DNA of 62,319 bases, the filler included, from Chiloscyllium plagiosum (taxonomy: Eukaryota), in assembly GCF_004010195.1 (NCBI RefSeq). It is 5 parts of one record of this genome, joined end to end, with 100 filler letters (N's around TTAATTAATTAA, not from the genome) between each part and the next. Parts side by side here need not be neighbours in the genome. Positions count along the whole stretch, not along the records: positions 1 to 20,260 come from NC_057713.1; positions 20,361 to 37,279 come from NC_057713.1; 3 more parts are not named here. One strand, given 5' to 3'. The position numbers were made by a program, and so were the translations under genes. Positions 13,769 to 26,699 of this stretch are shown here, one piece after another. The notes below the pieces were generated by a model. That model saw only the letters and a list, made by a program, of their open reading frames with translations, searched no databases and was not told where the DNA came from. Position 1 is the stretch's first letter, and every line of letters starts with the position of its first letter.

Positions 13769-14766
13769 AAACCAAAGTGAGCAGCTGGTAAATTGCTGCT
13801 TGCTCAGAATGACCTCCCTATTGGAAAGTGGGCACCACATATCAGGGCACACTCCACTGGCACTGACGACACAGACCTCAGGCCACAACTCCAATCTATT
13901 TATAGTATACTTCTGCATTAAAACGCTGCACGTCAGGCTGTACCAACAACCATCAGTATATTACTGCTGCAAACACGGTGAGTACTCAGGGACATGTACC
14001 CAACTCATGGACTAGAGCAGGCTGCATTTCTCGGCTCTGTCCTTGTTTTCATAGCTCACCTCTGTGGAGTGGCATATTGATCCATGAATGGCAGGTTATT
14101 AGATGGGGTGAAAATTATACATGAAGCATGTCAGAGGGCCATGATAGGTGACTAATGAGGTGACAAAACCTGTTAGGCCTCATGGAGAAAAACTCTTCAA
14201 AAAAACTCAGAACAACATTAAAAAATAATATTAAGACTTAGCCCTGTGCATCATCTTGAGATGAAGAGTATATTTTCTCAACAAAATTTCTCACCTATTA
14301 ACTTTTCATTTAGTTTTTCATCTACTTTACAGAGGTTAAGACAACATTAAAATCAGAATACAAAGCTGATGTTATCAATTAGCACTCAACAGCTGTCTCA
14401 CATGTAAGTGAATTACTTCACAGGAAATTGACCTCTTATTGGTTTAAAAATAAACATCATGCATAGCGCCCTGGTAAATGTTTTCAACAAATTTATTTCT
14501 TTACAATGTGTCAGGTCTCTAATTGAGCAGTTGCTTGGAAGTACATTGCTCAACACAAATCCCAACGTCGTACCCACAGATTTGTTAAGTTGCATGTCAC
14601 ATAATGTTCGATTTTATGAAACATCATTCTTCTAAGATAACTTCCATACCACAACATAGATGCTGGAATGTAGAAACAGACTGGCTAGTTCAATACATTG
14701 CTGCTCCAAGTGAGCACTTCCTACCTGACTTCATCAATCTGGTCAGCACACCTTCTATTCCTATCG

Positions 14767-14769
<3 letters not shown>

Positions 14770-14797
<28 letters not shown>
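14770..14797. repeat. (TG)n microsatellite
   Basis: Read directly from the sequence. Confidence 0.95.
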
Positions 14798-15598
14798 CTA
14801 GCTTCATAAGGGACAGCCAAATGAGTTAAAAGAATGTTCTCCCATAAGTTCTCATCCTTCCAGAACACTAACTTTATGGCCTTCAAATAACATTATTCGA
14901 ATGTTTCTTTACAAATCATTTGTCCTGATCACAACCATTATACATGACAATCCACTCCAGCTGCCGATTAAACAATTCTGCATCTTCAGATGTTTCAATT
15001 TTTAACTAAGATACTGGTGACATCTCAAAGGAAGCATCTGACAGATTAAGCTCTCGATTGGAAATGTAAACACAAACAGCATTGTCGTAGTTACTGTCAT
15101 GACACTGACAGTTGATCATTTTTATGTATTGCAAGATTCAGGAAAAAGTACTATCATTTACATTTAAAGGTGAGCAGGCACATGCTCAATTGGTAAAGTT
15201 GAGACATTTATAATTGAATGACTTGGCTAAAAATACACAGCAAAGTTGTGGTAATGTTTTTGAGGCAATCGTTTAAGCACGGTTTATGTCATTGTAAAAG
15301 CATGACAATTGGTTTTGCTTAGTATCAATGACAGTTCAAAGTTGCTATCACTAAAACAGATGTCAGATTGCCAGATTTAGCCTTTGAGCCTTCTTGGCAA
15401 ACACTATACCTTTACATTTCTAGTTCCCTCAGAAATGTTATGGTTATCTGATATTCCCAAGCATTTACTGAAATTCAAACACTCCCTTTTGTGCTTGTAA
15501 TCTTGAACATTCAGTTTCACAAAAACAAAGATAGTGTGTTCACTCAAGGTTAGTTTCATAAATGCTGAGCAAATCATGCCACTTTATGCAAAGTAATT

Positions 15599-16442
15599 TG
15601 TCACAAAGCTGGTTTCTTCTTTCTAAAAGCTGTTCCTTTTCTCAAGGTTCCTATATCCTTGTTTTTTTTTCAGAGGGGTAATAAACCGCTCTCAGTGCCG
15701 GTTAGACTGGTTTGGTACAAAGATTAAAGAGTATTGAGAGGCCTTTTTGTTTATGTATAAATAGATGAGACTTCCGGCCAAAGTGATTATGTTTTAGAAG
15801 TGACCTGCATAATGAAAGGGGTGTGGTCAGCTCTCTAGCTGAGCAGTTCAGTTCAGTCCAGAACTAGTTGGGAGTTCAACAGTGAGCTGTGTGGAAACAA
15901 ACTCTCTCTCTCTCTCTCTCTCTCTACACTTCTAACTTCAACCTGTAAGCATATGTTCCATTAATTTATACTGGTTTCTAAGTGAGTTTGCTTATTGGAA
16001 TTGTTGTGTTTAATCGGAACAGCATGATTAAGTCTAGTTTGGATAGACAGAGTTCTGTAGGGGCACTTTATTCTGTTAGTAAGTTTTGAGAAGATTTGTA
16101 GCTCTGGTTGAGGTTCTGGATGTAGGTTTGCCCGCTGAGCTGGAAGGTCCATTTTCAGATGTTTCACCACCACACTCTTCGGCTGGTGGCTCACGGAATA
16201 TGGTGATGAAACGTCTGAAAGTGAACCTTCCAGCTCAGCAGGCAAACCTACACCTTTATTCTGTTTTCGTGTTACATGGTGTAATTTTATGAATAAAGTT
16301 TTGTCTGTTTTTAATCTGGTAGTCAACCGCGCGAACTTATTCTGGGTAATTTGCAGTGTACACTTACAAAACCAAATTGCAAAGTTATAGTTTAGGCTGC
16401 CTGCTTAAGAATGTTTTGAGTGGTCTGGCCTAATCCATAACA
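15599..16442 (+). mobile_element. Solo LTR
   Basis: Starts TGTCAC and ends ATAACA; internal tataaa, (CT)n and aataaa; flanks taatt/gaatt (5-bp TSD with one mismatch). Confidence 0.6.
16078..16253. mobile_element. Fold-back Penelope-like element (second family) nested in the LTR, 12-bp TSD
   Basis: About 52-bp inverted arms (tgtaggtttgc...tttcaccacca / tggtgatgaaacgtc...aaacctaca); ctttattctgtt at 16066-16077 and 16254-16265. Confidence 0.75.
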
Positions 16443-16579
16443 GAATTAATAATCTTCTAATTCAGAGGCATGAGCACCAGCAATGATGTTGTTTTGCAGG
16501 TAACAGTGGGTATACGTAGACCAAATTTGATATAATTTGATATAATCCTTTTCATTGTTTGTGTATAAATCATTCACTT

Positions 16580-17275
16580 CCAGTAGGATGGCCAGTGGAA
16601 TAGGGCTTCTCAGCCTGGGGCTTGTCCGCTGCATCCTCTTGTTGTTTTGTTTCTTCCTTCGTTTTGTTCTTGTTTTAATTTACTTACCTCTTGATGAAGA
16701 ACTTGGTTGTAGCGACAGTATTGGTGTCGAGTGGGCGCCATGACTTGGACTCAAGTGGGCCCCAGTAGCATTGACTCGTGGCAGCTGCTTCGGAGGTGTC
16801 ATTGTGTCCCCGGCTGCTTCTGCATTGATGAAGCGGTCCTTGCGCTGACTCATGATTGCTGTGATGGAGGTGATGTTGGGTTCCCAGCGCAGGGTCAAGG
16901 AGGTAGCAGCGGAGGCAAGTCTGGGCCCAATACGAGGGCTGGTGGCATTGGCGAGGCTGACCCGAAATGGAATCGTGGTGGTGGTGGAGACAAGTTTGAA
17001 CCAGTGTGGTACTGGATGGCATTTGTATTGGCAAGATCCAGCTAGGACTCATCATGACGAGGGCATCATTGGAGACTAGATGTGCCAAAGAGTTGGGACT
17101 TTCTTTCCAATGGTGAAGAAGACTCGATGGCCCATGACAGAACACTTAACAGAAGGACTGTAAAGTTAGACACCTTTTCTGTATTCCTTCTTTTTTCTGC
17201 CTTGGTTTAGTTTATTTTGAGCTGGAGAGAGGTGACACTGTGCAACAAAATACATGTGACAATAAAAAAAAAAGC
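16580..17275 (+). mobile_element. GC-rich non-autonomous retroelement with a Rex1/Babar-like 3' tail
   Basis: Ends tacatgtgacaataaaaaaaaaa, resembling the tails at 40920-40960 and 53270-53320; no RT motifs. Confidence 0.5.
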
Positions 17276-20061
17276 AAATTTAAAAAGTAATGGAACCCCA
17301 GCTGAAATATTTATTATTCTAACATGGAATTGAAACATCTGCAATACATCCAGTTCAACACTGTTCCTAAAAGCTTCCAGAAAGAAGCTGGTTAAATTAA
17401 ATTTGAAAACACTAATTTAATCTTAATGTGCAGAAAAATTACAAATGCAGTTACTGTTATTCTGAAAGCATTTTAAAGACCAACTTCCTGTTCACAAATA
17501 ATGGATCTCGCTCCAAAACAATATTTATAATGGTGAATTCAAGGCAACATGCTGGCTGGTCAAAAAGCATATGAAATTGTGCTCATGTTAATTGGTATGA
17601 CATTTAAAGTCATTATGAAAATGGAACACAGTTTTCTAAAAATACATTGTCCATTATAAAAGCCCCACCAGTAGATTGTAATAATTGTAACTTACATAAA
17701 GATCCAGCAACTTAGACCTTCATTTCATTTTAAAAACTATTGAGAGTCATTCTTCTGCATTTCCAAAAGAATATTGACTGGTGTTTTTGGGCTGATAATA
17801 ACCCAATGCTCCCATTGAACACAATTGTCTATTGCAAGAGCTGAGTCACTGATTTCTCTGGATTATTTTTATTCTTCACATTTGATGTCATGAAGTAAAT
17901 GCAATACACAATTTATGGATTGCATATTCTAGCTAGAGATTTATCCATTAAGCTGTCATCTGATTGAATTTATCTGCAAATTGTCAGGTTCATGACATAC
18001 AACCACAAGACAGCCAGGGACTGAATATGTTGTCCCAAACAGTTCACCAAATGAATCTCTGTCAGTTCTCAATCTTCCTTCTCAGTTTAACAAACATTGG
18101 ATCTAAGCTCATGAACACATCACCAAACATGTTAACTGATCTCTGTATGGAGCCTTAAAATAGCAGATGTTGGACACTCCGGGATTTCAGATGTGTTAAA
18201 AAGCATTAGGCACATTTTGACGGTAATGGTACTTGTAACGAATAATCCACAAATAATGCAACAAATTCACTCAAAGGCTATATCTATGCTTAAATATAAA
18301 TACCCAAAGGTTCCTGTCTAAATTTCATGAGTTTCACAAAAATGACCTTTCACTATCTGTCTCACTATTGAAATAAATTACACAGATTAAGATGTTTTAT
18401 GCAATAGATATGAACAAAACTCATCACAATCAGTCAATTACTACCATTTTTATCTCCTGAGCACTCTCTTAGAATGTGATAAGTGTTAATGATTATCAAC
18501 CAACCTCTCTGGCACTGAAAATGAATGATTAATAGCAGAGACCTGGAAATATTTGCAGCCAAATTAGTACCTTTATGCAAAAGTACTTCTTTAAAGACAG
18601 GATTGCTAGCTATTCTTTTTTACCAAAGACTTTAATCAAATTAAAACTCTTAATTCTGGAACAGTTACATAAAGCTGCCCATGTGTATGATAGATCTGAG
18701 AATATGCGTATACATTTTGACAATAATTTGACCTAGTGACCTGCTTATAGTGATTGAATGTGAGTGTCTAGTTTGTAACTTATTCTCCTCAGTTTAAAAG
18801 GCGCACTCACATCTAATAAATTCACTATCATTCAAGGCAGATGCATTCTATTTCCTTGAAATCTGTCTGTTGTGATTTCAATATCTATCATTGAAGAAAA
18901 TCACTTTCAAAATACTAATTATGTTCAATGATAAAGTTCTTGCTTAGTTTTCAAGGTTACAGCAGGAGTCTAAAATTCCTACCAGGAGTCTAAAATTATG
19001 TGTGGTAGCATAGCCATTGAAGCTTGATTTTAATAAAACTCTGGAGCTACAGATGGTTTTAAAAATCTTGTTCGATAGAATCAATATTGTTGAATACTTC
19101 CAATTCATTTCACAGCACATTTCTTTCATTCAAATCGAACAAATTTTCATTTTAAGCACAAAGAATAGCTTTTGAAGCTATATTAAATAAATGCCTTTTT
19201 AACCAATTCCATCAAGCCTTCATTCCATCATCATTCTATCCATGCCTTCTTTTTCTTCCATTACCATCCTAAAACCTTCCAATTTTGCACTGCATAATAA
19301 CCATCAGGATTGGAAATGAATGTATCAAAAATAATGCCTACTACGATTCTTTCGTTTTACAATGTATTTCCAAATCCAAATTGATTTGTGAGCCATACCA
19401 AAGTTCAAAAGGTATTTAAATCACAAAAGTTTGAATTTTTGTTTCCTGCTGTACAATCATCAAGTCAATCAGATATAATATGATCTTGAAGGGAAAAATG
19501 CTTTGCATTGTAGTAAAATGTTAATATAATAGGGTAATAAATGAGAATAAAGTTTTTGGTGCATATATGGTGCCATGCTATCTTTGTGGTGTGAGCAAGT
19601 ATGAAACAATGTTTTAAATGCTTGCAAATAAACTTTACTAAGACAAATGTCTAAAATATTCTTATACATGCCCGACATTTAGTCAGATGTGATTTTTTTT
19701 CAAGCACAGAACTTTGCCCACTATTTAAATAATATAATGGAAACGCACTTAAGGAAAAGTGAATCCTTCGTTACTTAATGTATAATAGAAATTATTACTT
19801 GGTGGTCAGCAGTAATTTAAATTAAATTCTTCTGTCAAAACTTTCACCAATTGCAGATCTTAGTTACAATATTTGAATTATGTCAAATCTTAACGATCAT
19901 AAGTCCTCTATTATGAATCTATCTTTAGGATTTTATTTGCTGTTTATGAAAAGAGGCTTAATTTTTTATAACTTCAAATAAGACAATATTTATATATTTA
20001 TATTCCAAGAAGAGTGGAGAAGTCTCCATACCATTTTTGTTTTGGTCAGGTTTATTTCCTT

Positions 20062-20260
20062 ACTCTGGATTAGTGGTGATGGAAGAGCACAGCAGTTCAG
20101 GCAGCATCCGAGGAGCAGTAAAATTGACGTTTCGGGCAAAAGCCCTTCATCAGGAATAAAGGCAGAGAGCCTGAAGGGTGGAGAGATAAGCGAGAGGAGG
20201 GTGGGAGTGGGGAGAAAGTAGCATAGAGAACAATAGGTGAGTGGGGGAGGGGATGAAAGT
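20062..20260 (-). mobile_element. Penelope-like terminal repeat with hammerhead core, running into a gap
   Basis: Minus strand reads attcCTGATGAagggcttttgcccGAAACGTCaatt at 20122-20157. Confidence 0.8.
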
Positions 20261-20360
20261 NNNNNNNNNNNNNNNNNNNNNNNNNNNNNNNNNNNNNNNN
20301 NNNNTTAATTAATTAANNNNNNNNNNNNNNNNNNNNNNNNNNNNNNNNNNNNNNNNNNNN

Positions 20361-21062
20361 CTTGGAGTGCAGGTTCATAGCTCCTTGAAAGTGGAGTCAC
20401 AGGTAGATAGGATAATGAAGAAGGCATTTGATATGCTTTCATTTATTGGTCAGTGTATTAAATACAGGAGTTGGGAGGTCATATTGCAGCTATACAGGAC
20501 AGTGGTTCGGCCACTGTTGGAATATTGCCTGCAATTCTGGTCTCCTTCCTACTGGAAGGATGTTGTGAAAGTTGAACGGGTTCAGAAAAGATTTACAAGG
20601 ATGTTGCCAGGGTTGGAGGATCTGAGCTACAGGGAGAGGCTGAACAGGCTGGGGCTGTTTTCCCTGGAGCGCGGAGGCTGAGGGGTGACCTTATAGAGGT
20701 TTACAAAATTATGCAGGGCATGGATAGGATAAATAGACAAAGTCTTTTCCCTGGGGTCGGGGAGTCCAGAACTAGAGGGCATAGGTTTAGGGTGAGAGGG
20801 GAAAGATATAAAAGAGATCTAAGGGGCAACGTTTTCACTCAGAGGGTGGTACGTGTATGGAATGAGCTGCCAGAGGATGTGGTGGAGGCTGGTACAATTG
20901 CAACATTTAAGAGTCAGTTGGATGGGTATATGAATAAGAAGGGTTTGGAGGGATAGGGCCGGGCGCTGGCAGGTTGGACTAGATTGGTTGGGATATCTGG
21001 TTGGCATGGACGGGTTGGACCGAAGGGTCTGTTTCCATGCTGTACATCTCTATGACTCTATG
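20361..21062 (+). mobile_element. CR1 LINE 3' end (young)
   Basis: LYRTVVRPLLEYCLQFWSP...TRGHRFRV; tail ctctatgactctatg. Confidence 0.95.
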
Positions 21063-22211
21063 GCTTTATGTTGACCTGTGTACCATACTCTGTGCCAACA
21101 TTGCCAATCAGCATTGTACAATTTGCTAAAATAAATCATTGGCCAATTCCAGACTGCATAAATCTGTGTGAAAATGCACAAGCTCTGACAGTTGTCAGGG
21201 GATATTGCCAAGAGCATAGAAGGGTGAGAATAAAGGTCATTTCTCAGAAGGCTGCTTAGCACAGAGTTGTTGGCTAATGTAACGTAGTTTCCTTTCCTCA
21301 ATTTCTTGGGTTTGTTTTAAATAAAATTTGCTGTTTACAGTGCCTCAAAGGCTTTTCACAATGATGTCCATGTGAGAAACTCACCTATGTTCTGCCTGTC
21401 AGCTTTCTTGACAAGCTGATAGATACATGATACCTCAAGTTATCACCACAGAGGAGACGGAATGTTTGTGTCCACTGAACATCCTGACCCCCACACTTTG
21501 CCAGCAAATGGAAAAACTGCACCTGAGGAGAGAGCACCCAAGGGGGGGGCTTACAATTTCTTGAAGGGAGATTGGAAGGATATCTTTGAAAAGGTCAAGT
21601 TGAGCAGGGACAGAACACATACACCAATCAATAAAGTCAAGAATCCCAGTGAATTAACCAGTGTACCTGCAAGCTGGCACTGACTCTCGATTGTCACATC
21701 TCCCTGGCAACTGCAACATTTGAAAAGGAATTTGTACTTCCAACCATTTGCCAAAACAATGACAATGGTAATTTCACATTTTTAAACTTTTGCTATTAAA
21801 AAAAATTAATAAGAACAATCTTGACGAAACATTATGAGCTGAACCTGACTTATTTTGGTGAGGTCTGAGTTGCATTGAGTGTTTTTGGAGAGTTTATCAC
21901 CGCGAGCCTAATGACATTTCTTGCTCTACTTTACAAAACCTGTCCTCATTAACTACTCACCCCGCATCCCTGTTGTCTCTCACATGTGAACTCCACCCCA
22001 TCCAACAGTGACCATTCCGGGAACAAATCACCACACTGCAGATATCCAAAGATCAGCATTGCCTGTATCTGTACCAGCTTTGAAAGGCTGCTTTATGCCC
22101 AGCCGAGCCCAGGGACCATGTCCTGGGATGTTGATGTCCAGCATGGAGCTCTGCCTAGATCCACCAGATGCACTGTCTGGTTTCCTTGCCAATTCAGTAA
22201 GGTGACAGGGA

Positions 22212-22665
22212 GGAGGCTTGAAGAACACAGCAAGCCAAGGTAGCATCAGGAGATGGAGGAGTCAACATTTCAGGTGTAACCCTTCTCCAGGACTACAGGT
22301 GGGTGTAGGGGGAGCTGCAGATAAAGGGGGAGGCAAGAGTAGGGTGGTGAAGTGGGGATAGGAAAAGACAGGTAGGGGGTACAACCTGGTTGGTCAATGG
22401 GAGGAATGAATCGTTCGGTGGCAGGGAAGGAGAGGGGCTGGGAAGGAAGTCGGTCAAACCCTCTTCCTGTCTTCGCCTATCCCCACTTCACCACCCTGTC
22501 CCCACCACTCCCTTTATCTGCACACCCACACCCACCCCCAGTTCTGAAGAAAGGTTACACCTGAAACATCAACTTCTCCACCTCCTGATGCTGCCTAGCT
22601 TGTATGTTCTTCCAGCCTCCTGCCTGTCTACTTTGGATTCCAGCACCTGCAGTTTTTTTTGTCAG
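22212..22665. mobile_element. Fold-back Penelope-like element with decayed hammerheads in both arms
   Basis: About 160-bp imperfect inverted arms; agttCTGAAGAaaggttacacctGAAACATCaact at 22540-22574. Confidence 0.75.
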
Positions 22666-23146
22666 TAAGGTGAGAGCCTGAATATTAATGAGATGAGTTG
22701 TGGCATAGAGCGGGGAATTTAACAAGCGTCAAACCCCATCAATTTGCATCTCGTCGCTGACTAGAGAGAATCTTGTCACATTATTTGTGAAAAAAGCATG
22801 CAGGCTAGGTGGGATAAACTCAACATCAAGATGGGCTTCACTGAACTTCTTGTTCAATTCTGCTATTGCTCATATCACTCAGTCCCCTGTAAGATTCTGC
22901 TGAATGTTCCTTTTATAGGCGTAACAGGACGTTCCTTTGTACAAATTATCATGCATGGAATTACGGACGGTTTCCTTTTGTAGATATTAACCTAAAATTT
23001 GCTGGGTTGGCCGAAAAAGTGGTTAAATTAGATTAAACTAAATGAAGGTAAAAGCATACTAAGCCTGCTGATGTCCCAATGATAAGAAAGATCACTGGTT
23101 TTGGTATATTTACAGGCAGTGTGGGAGGTGTCTGCTGGGTAATAGA

Positions 23147-23302
23147 GTCAAGATTAGAGTGGTGATGGAAAAGCACAGCACGTCAGGCAGCATCCGAGGA
23201 GCAGGAAAATCGACGTTTAGGGCAAAAGCCCTTCATTAGGAATGAGGCCTCATTCTAATCTTGACTCTGATCTCCAGCATCTGCAGTCCTCACTTTTGCC
23301 TA
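23147..23302. mobile_element. Fold-back Penelope-like element, 13-bp TSD
   Basis: gctgggtaataga at 23134-23146 and 23303-23315; inverted gagtcaagattaga/tctaatcttgactc. Confidence 0.8.
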
Positions 23303-23310
23303 GCTGGGTA

Positions 23311-23770
23311 ATAGACTCATACAGCACAGAAACAGACCCTTCTGTACAACCAGTGCCCGCAGACCGTGTTTCCAAACTAAACCAGTCCTACCTGTCTGTG
23401 TTTGGCCCACATCCCTCCAAACCTCTCCTATTCATGAAATTATCCTAATGCCTTTTAAACTTGGCAACCGTAACTGCAACCACCACTTTCTCTGCCAGTT
23501 CATTCCACACACTAACCACTCTCTGTGTAAAACACTTGCCCCTCCTGTCCTTTTTAGATCTTTCTCCTCTCACCTTAAAAAATACTCCCCCCACTTCATC
23601 CACTCTAAAGAAACGCCCTTTGCTATTCACTTTGTCCATGCCCCTCATGATTTAACAAACTTCTGTAAGATCACTCCTCAACAATCCCCCCACGCTCCAG
23701 TGAAAAATGACCCAGCCTAACCAGCCTATTTTGATAACTCAAATCTTCCATTCCTGGCAATATCCTGAGT
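23311..23770 (-). mobile_element. CR1 LINE 3' end
   Basis: MRGMDKVN...FTQRVVSVWNEL on the minus strand. Confidence 0.9.
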
Positions 23771-25977
23771 CCTCCAACCATGGCAGAAATGTGGCTCCAA
23801 TTAAGGACCTCATCCTGTCAGTGCATCAATATTATGGGTGGCAGCAGATGCCTGTACCCAATGTGCAACCCTATGTCAGTAGTTCAGTCAAGGGGAGATG
23901 GGAGTAAATGGGGTTACCTCTTTTCAAGGCTTCCTGTGTCAATCAGAGGCCTCTCTTCTGCAGTTTTATCTCCCCAAATCAATCTGGCCTCCCAACCCTC
24001 CCCCATCACCTCTGTCCTTTATGTTCCCAAATCCCTTGTGTGAGGTCTCTGCCTTAACTGAATGCTCAGTCCAAGGCTGAATGCAGTGTCCTCGTCTACC
24101 TCCAGTACTAGCGTTGACAACCATGACTGTTCACCGCTGCCCGAGTGCAGAACTGATAATCAATCAGAAGAGGTGAATGCTAAGCAAAGGGCTTTCACAC
24201 AAACAATTAAGGAGGGGTGGGCTATGTATGTGGAAGTGGGCTTGCCTCTGGTTTTTACATGAGGGTGTGGGAAGCCCAGTCTCGAGAAAACTTCCAAGGT
24301 TTGGATTTTACACTGTAGTGCTTCTTTGCAATACAACAAAACTAGCATTTGGAATAGTGTGAGTGCTCAAACAATTCAACTGACCAATCAAACCTTGCAG
24401 TTATTCGGTTACTTCTTTAAATAGGATACCTTATTTCTTGATGACTTAGCAATTTTAATCAATTTTAATTAAGTGAAATTACAATTATTTCAGGCATATT
24501 CTGTTTTACATCTAAACCAATATTTGAAAAATCCACACAAGCCTAGCTTCCAGGTATATTCAGAACACATTTCTAAACTTATGTCGTAACAGCCCAAAAT
24601 AAATTATCAGCATGCACCATGAAGGTACCTACAAGTTTTCCTTAATGGTATCAATAAAACTTTGCCAAATCTACTTTTCATGGATCAACATTTCCTGGTT
24701 TCAACAAAACAAATTTCTCAATAAACATCACTTGCTGGAAGCATTATTTGGGTAGAGACCCATTCATTTTCCATAGATTTCCTTCTGTATCTAGCGCCAG
24801 TCTGAAAAGGATCATCCTTCAGGTTGTTGTTTCAATGTTGATTGATGTATACTTACAGTAATATTTTTCAAAGAGCGAAATTTTTTTTTTAAGATTATTT
24901 TCCTAGCTGTGGAAAGTCCACTCTAACATCTGAATACATCTGTAGCTGTCTATTATCTGTAATTACTAGCCCAGCTTTAGACTTCATCAATGTTTTCAAT
25001 GCAACCCTTTTTTCGTAACAATGTTCATTATCCCTTAGAATGACACATGATTTTAACAGGATATTTGTCAAAGATCAAACTTTATGGAGCAAGGACAGAA
25101 ATATATTTATTTCAATCTGTAGAATAAAATTTGACAATTTTACTGCAAAATGAAACTTAAACATTCTCCAACTATGTAAACTTTTTGTGCTGTTCTTATT
25201 ATTCCATCTTAAAGATAACATCAAGATCATTAGGACATCTTCTGGTTGTGTTAGGAGTTGGTGCTGTGACACTATTCTGTTGTTAAACTGTAGTCTCTAT
25301 TTTCTATTCTTATCTCTGACAGGCCAACTCCGATGAAACCTCCCTTCGAATCAAAGTAAACTCTTTCTCTGGGATTTGTTTCTGATTTCAAGACCCACTA
25401 TGAACTTTTGTCCTGAGCTTTATTACTCATCTACTTGCATGTAACTGATTTCACAATACACAAATTTCCCTCCATTATTGGTTAGCTGTTTTGCTGGTGC
25501 CCCAATCTGTTCCCTATTTATTTCCCAATAATTTTGTCTATATAAGTCTTTGCTAAGCATTATTGCAGAAAGATTAAATCTTTCCCTCCAGCTCCTCTTC
25601 TAGCAGCTTGTCTTGTTCTTCATTAGACTCTGCTCATTTTCATTCAAGCCTAATCTTGATAAAGAAATAGCTACTGGTATACCCATGCCCAGGGCAACAG
25701 ATTTGAGTTGACCTTGAAGTCAGCAAAATCTGCCGTCCCTGTAGACTGTTGAAATTTCAAAGAATGGAGTATACCAAAATGTACAGAAGTATCACAGCAA
25801 CAAAAAAAGGAATCAACAAGCAATTAACCTGTAGACAGATGATTATTGTTTAACAACAACAGTGAGGAGCCCTTCTTAACTCATGTCATGTTTCATTAAA
25901 AAGGGCCAAAAGAGATGCCAACACTGCTGGCATCTAATCAATATAGTGTGCTGATTAATTTCAATTTGTCTGTTCTG

Positions 25978-26262
25978 ATTAGATTAGATCACTTACAGTG
26001 TGGAAACAGGCCCTTCGGCCCAACATGTCCACACCGACCCTCCAAAGAGCAATCCACCCAGACCCATTCCCCTACATTTACCCCTTCACCCAGCACTACG
26101 GGCATTTTAGCATGGCCAATTCACTTAACCTGCACATTTTTGGAATGTGGGAGGAAACCAGAGCACCCAGAGGAAACCCACACAGACACAGGGAGAATGT
26201 GCAAACTCCACACAGTCAGTTGCCTGTGCTGTGAGGCAGCAGTGCTAACCACTATGCCACTA
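25978..26262 (-). mobile_element. HE1-type SINE
   Basis: attagattaga tail, ggcccttcggcccaac stem-loop and gggagaatgtgcaaactccacacag core. Confidence 0.9.
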
Positions 26263-26699
26263 GTTGATATTAAGTACTCACACCCTAACCCTTTTACCAC
26301 AACAGTAACTGGCTTCCTTCACATGCTTCATTATGGATACCACTCTGGAATTGTAAGTGGCCAGAAAACAATTTTTATTGAATTCAATTCACCCTCTTCC
26401 ATGTTAATATTTGATTGGAACCAAGTACATTCGAGATTTGTTTAAGGATGTTAGATTTCCTATCCTCACAATGAAAATACCAATTTAATCTTTACAACAC
26501 AGTCAATTATACTGACACTAGTTTATAATGATTGAGACAGCTGCCAGTTGCAAATTAAACAGTGAACTTGCCCAAACCTCAGAAAGTTCATGGAAACTGG
26601 CAGCAGAGATTTTTGGGAATTGTGATCCCAACAAAGGTACTGCGATCACTAGGTCTTCAGATTTTGGGGGTTATGGAGTATACAAAAAGGAAGAGGATA

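Noticed and set aside
16680..17145. Overlapping ORFs on both strands
   Set aside because: Expected from GC-rich repeat sequence; no domain motifs or splice structure.
20261..20360. Palindrome TTAATTAATTAA centred in N runs (also at 37280-37379, 47049-47148 and 58642-58741)
   Set aside because: Identical 44N+12+44N layout with stops in all six frames; this is an artificial scaffolding spacer, not biology.
21385..21522. Minus-strand segment with a good acceptor (tctctcctcag) and donor (TAG|gtgagt), 138 nt
   Set aside because: All three frames contain or end in a stop, there is no recognisable product and no partner exon; it may be chance or a lncRNA exon.
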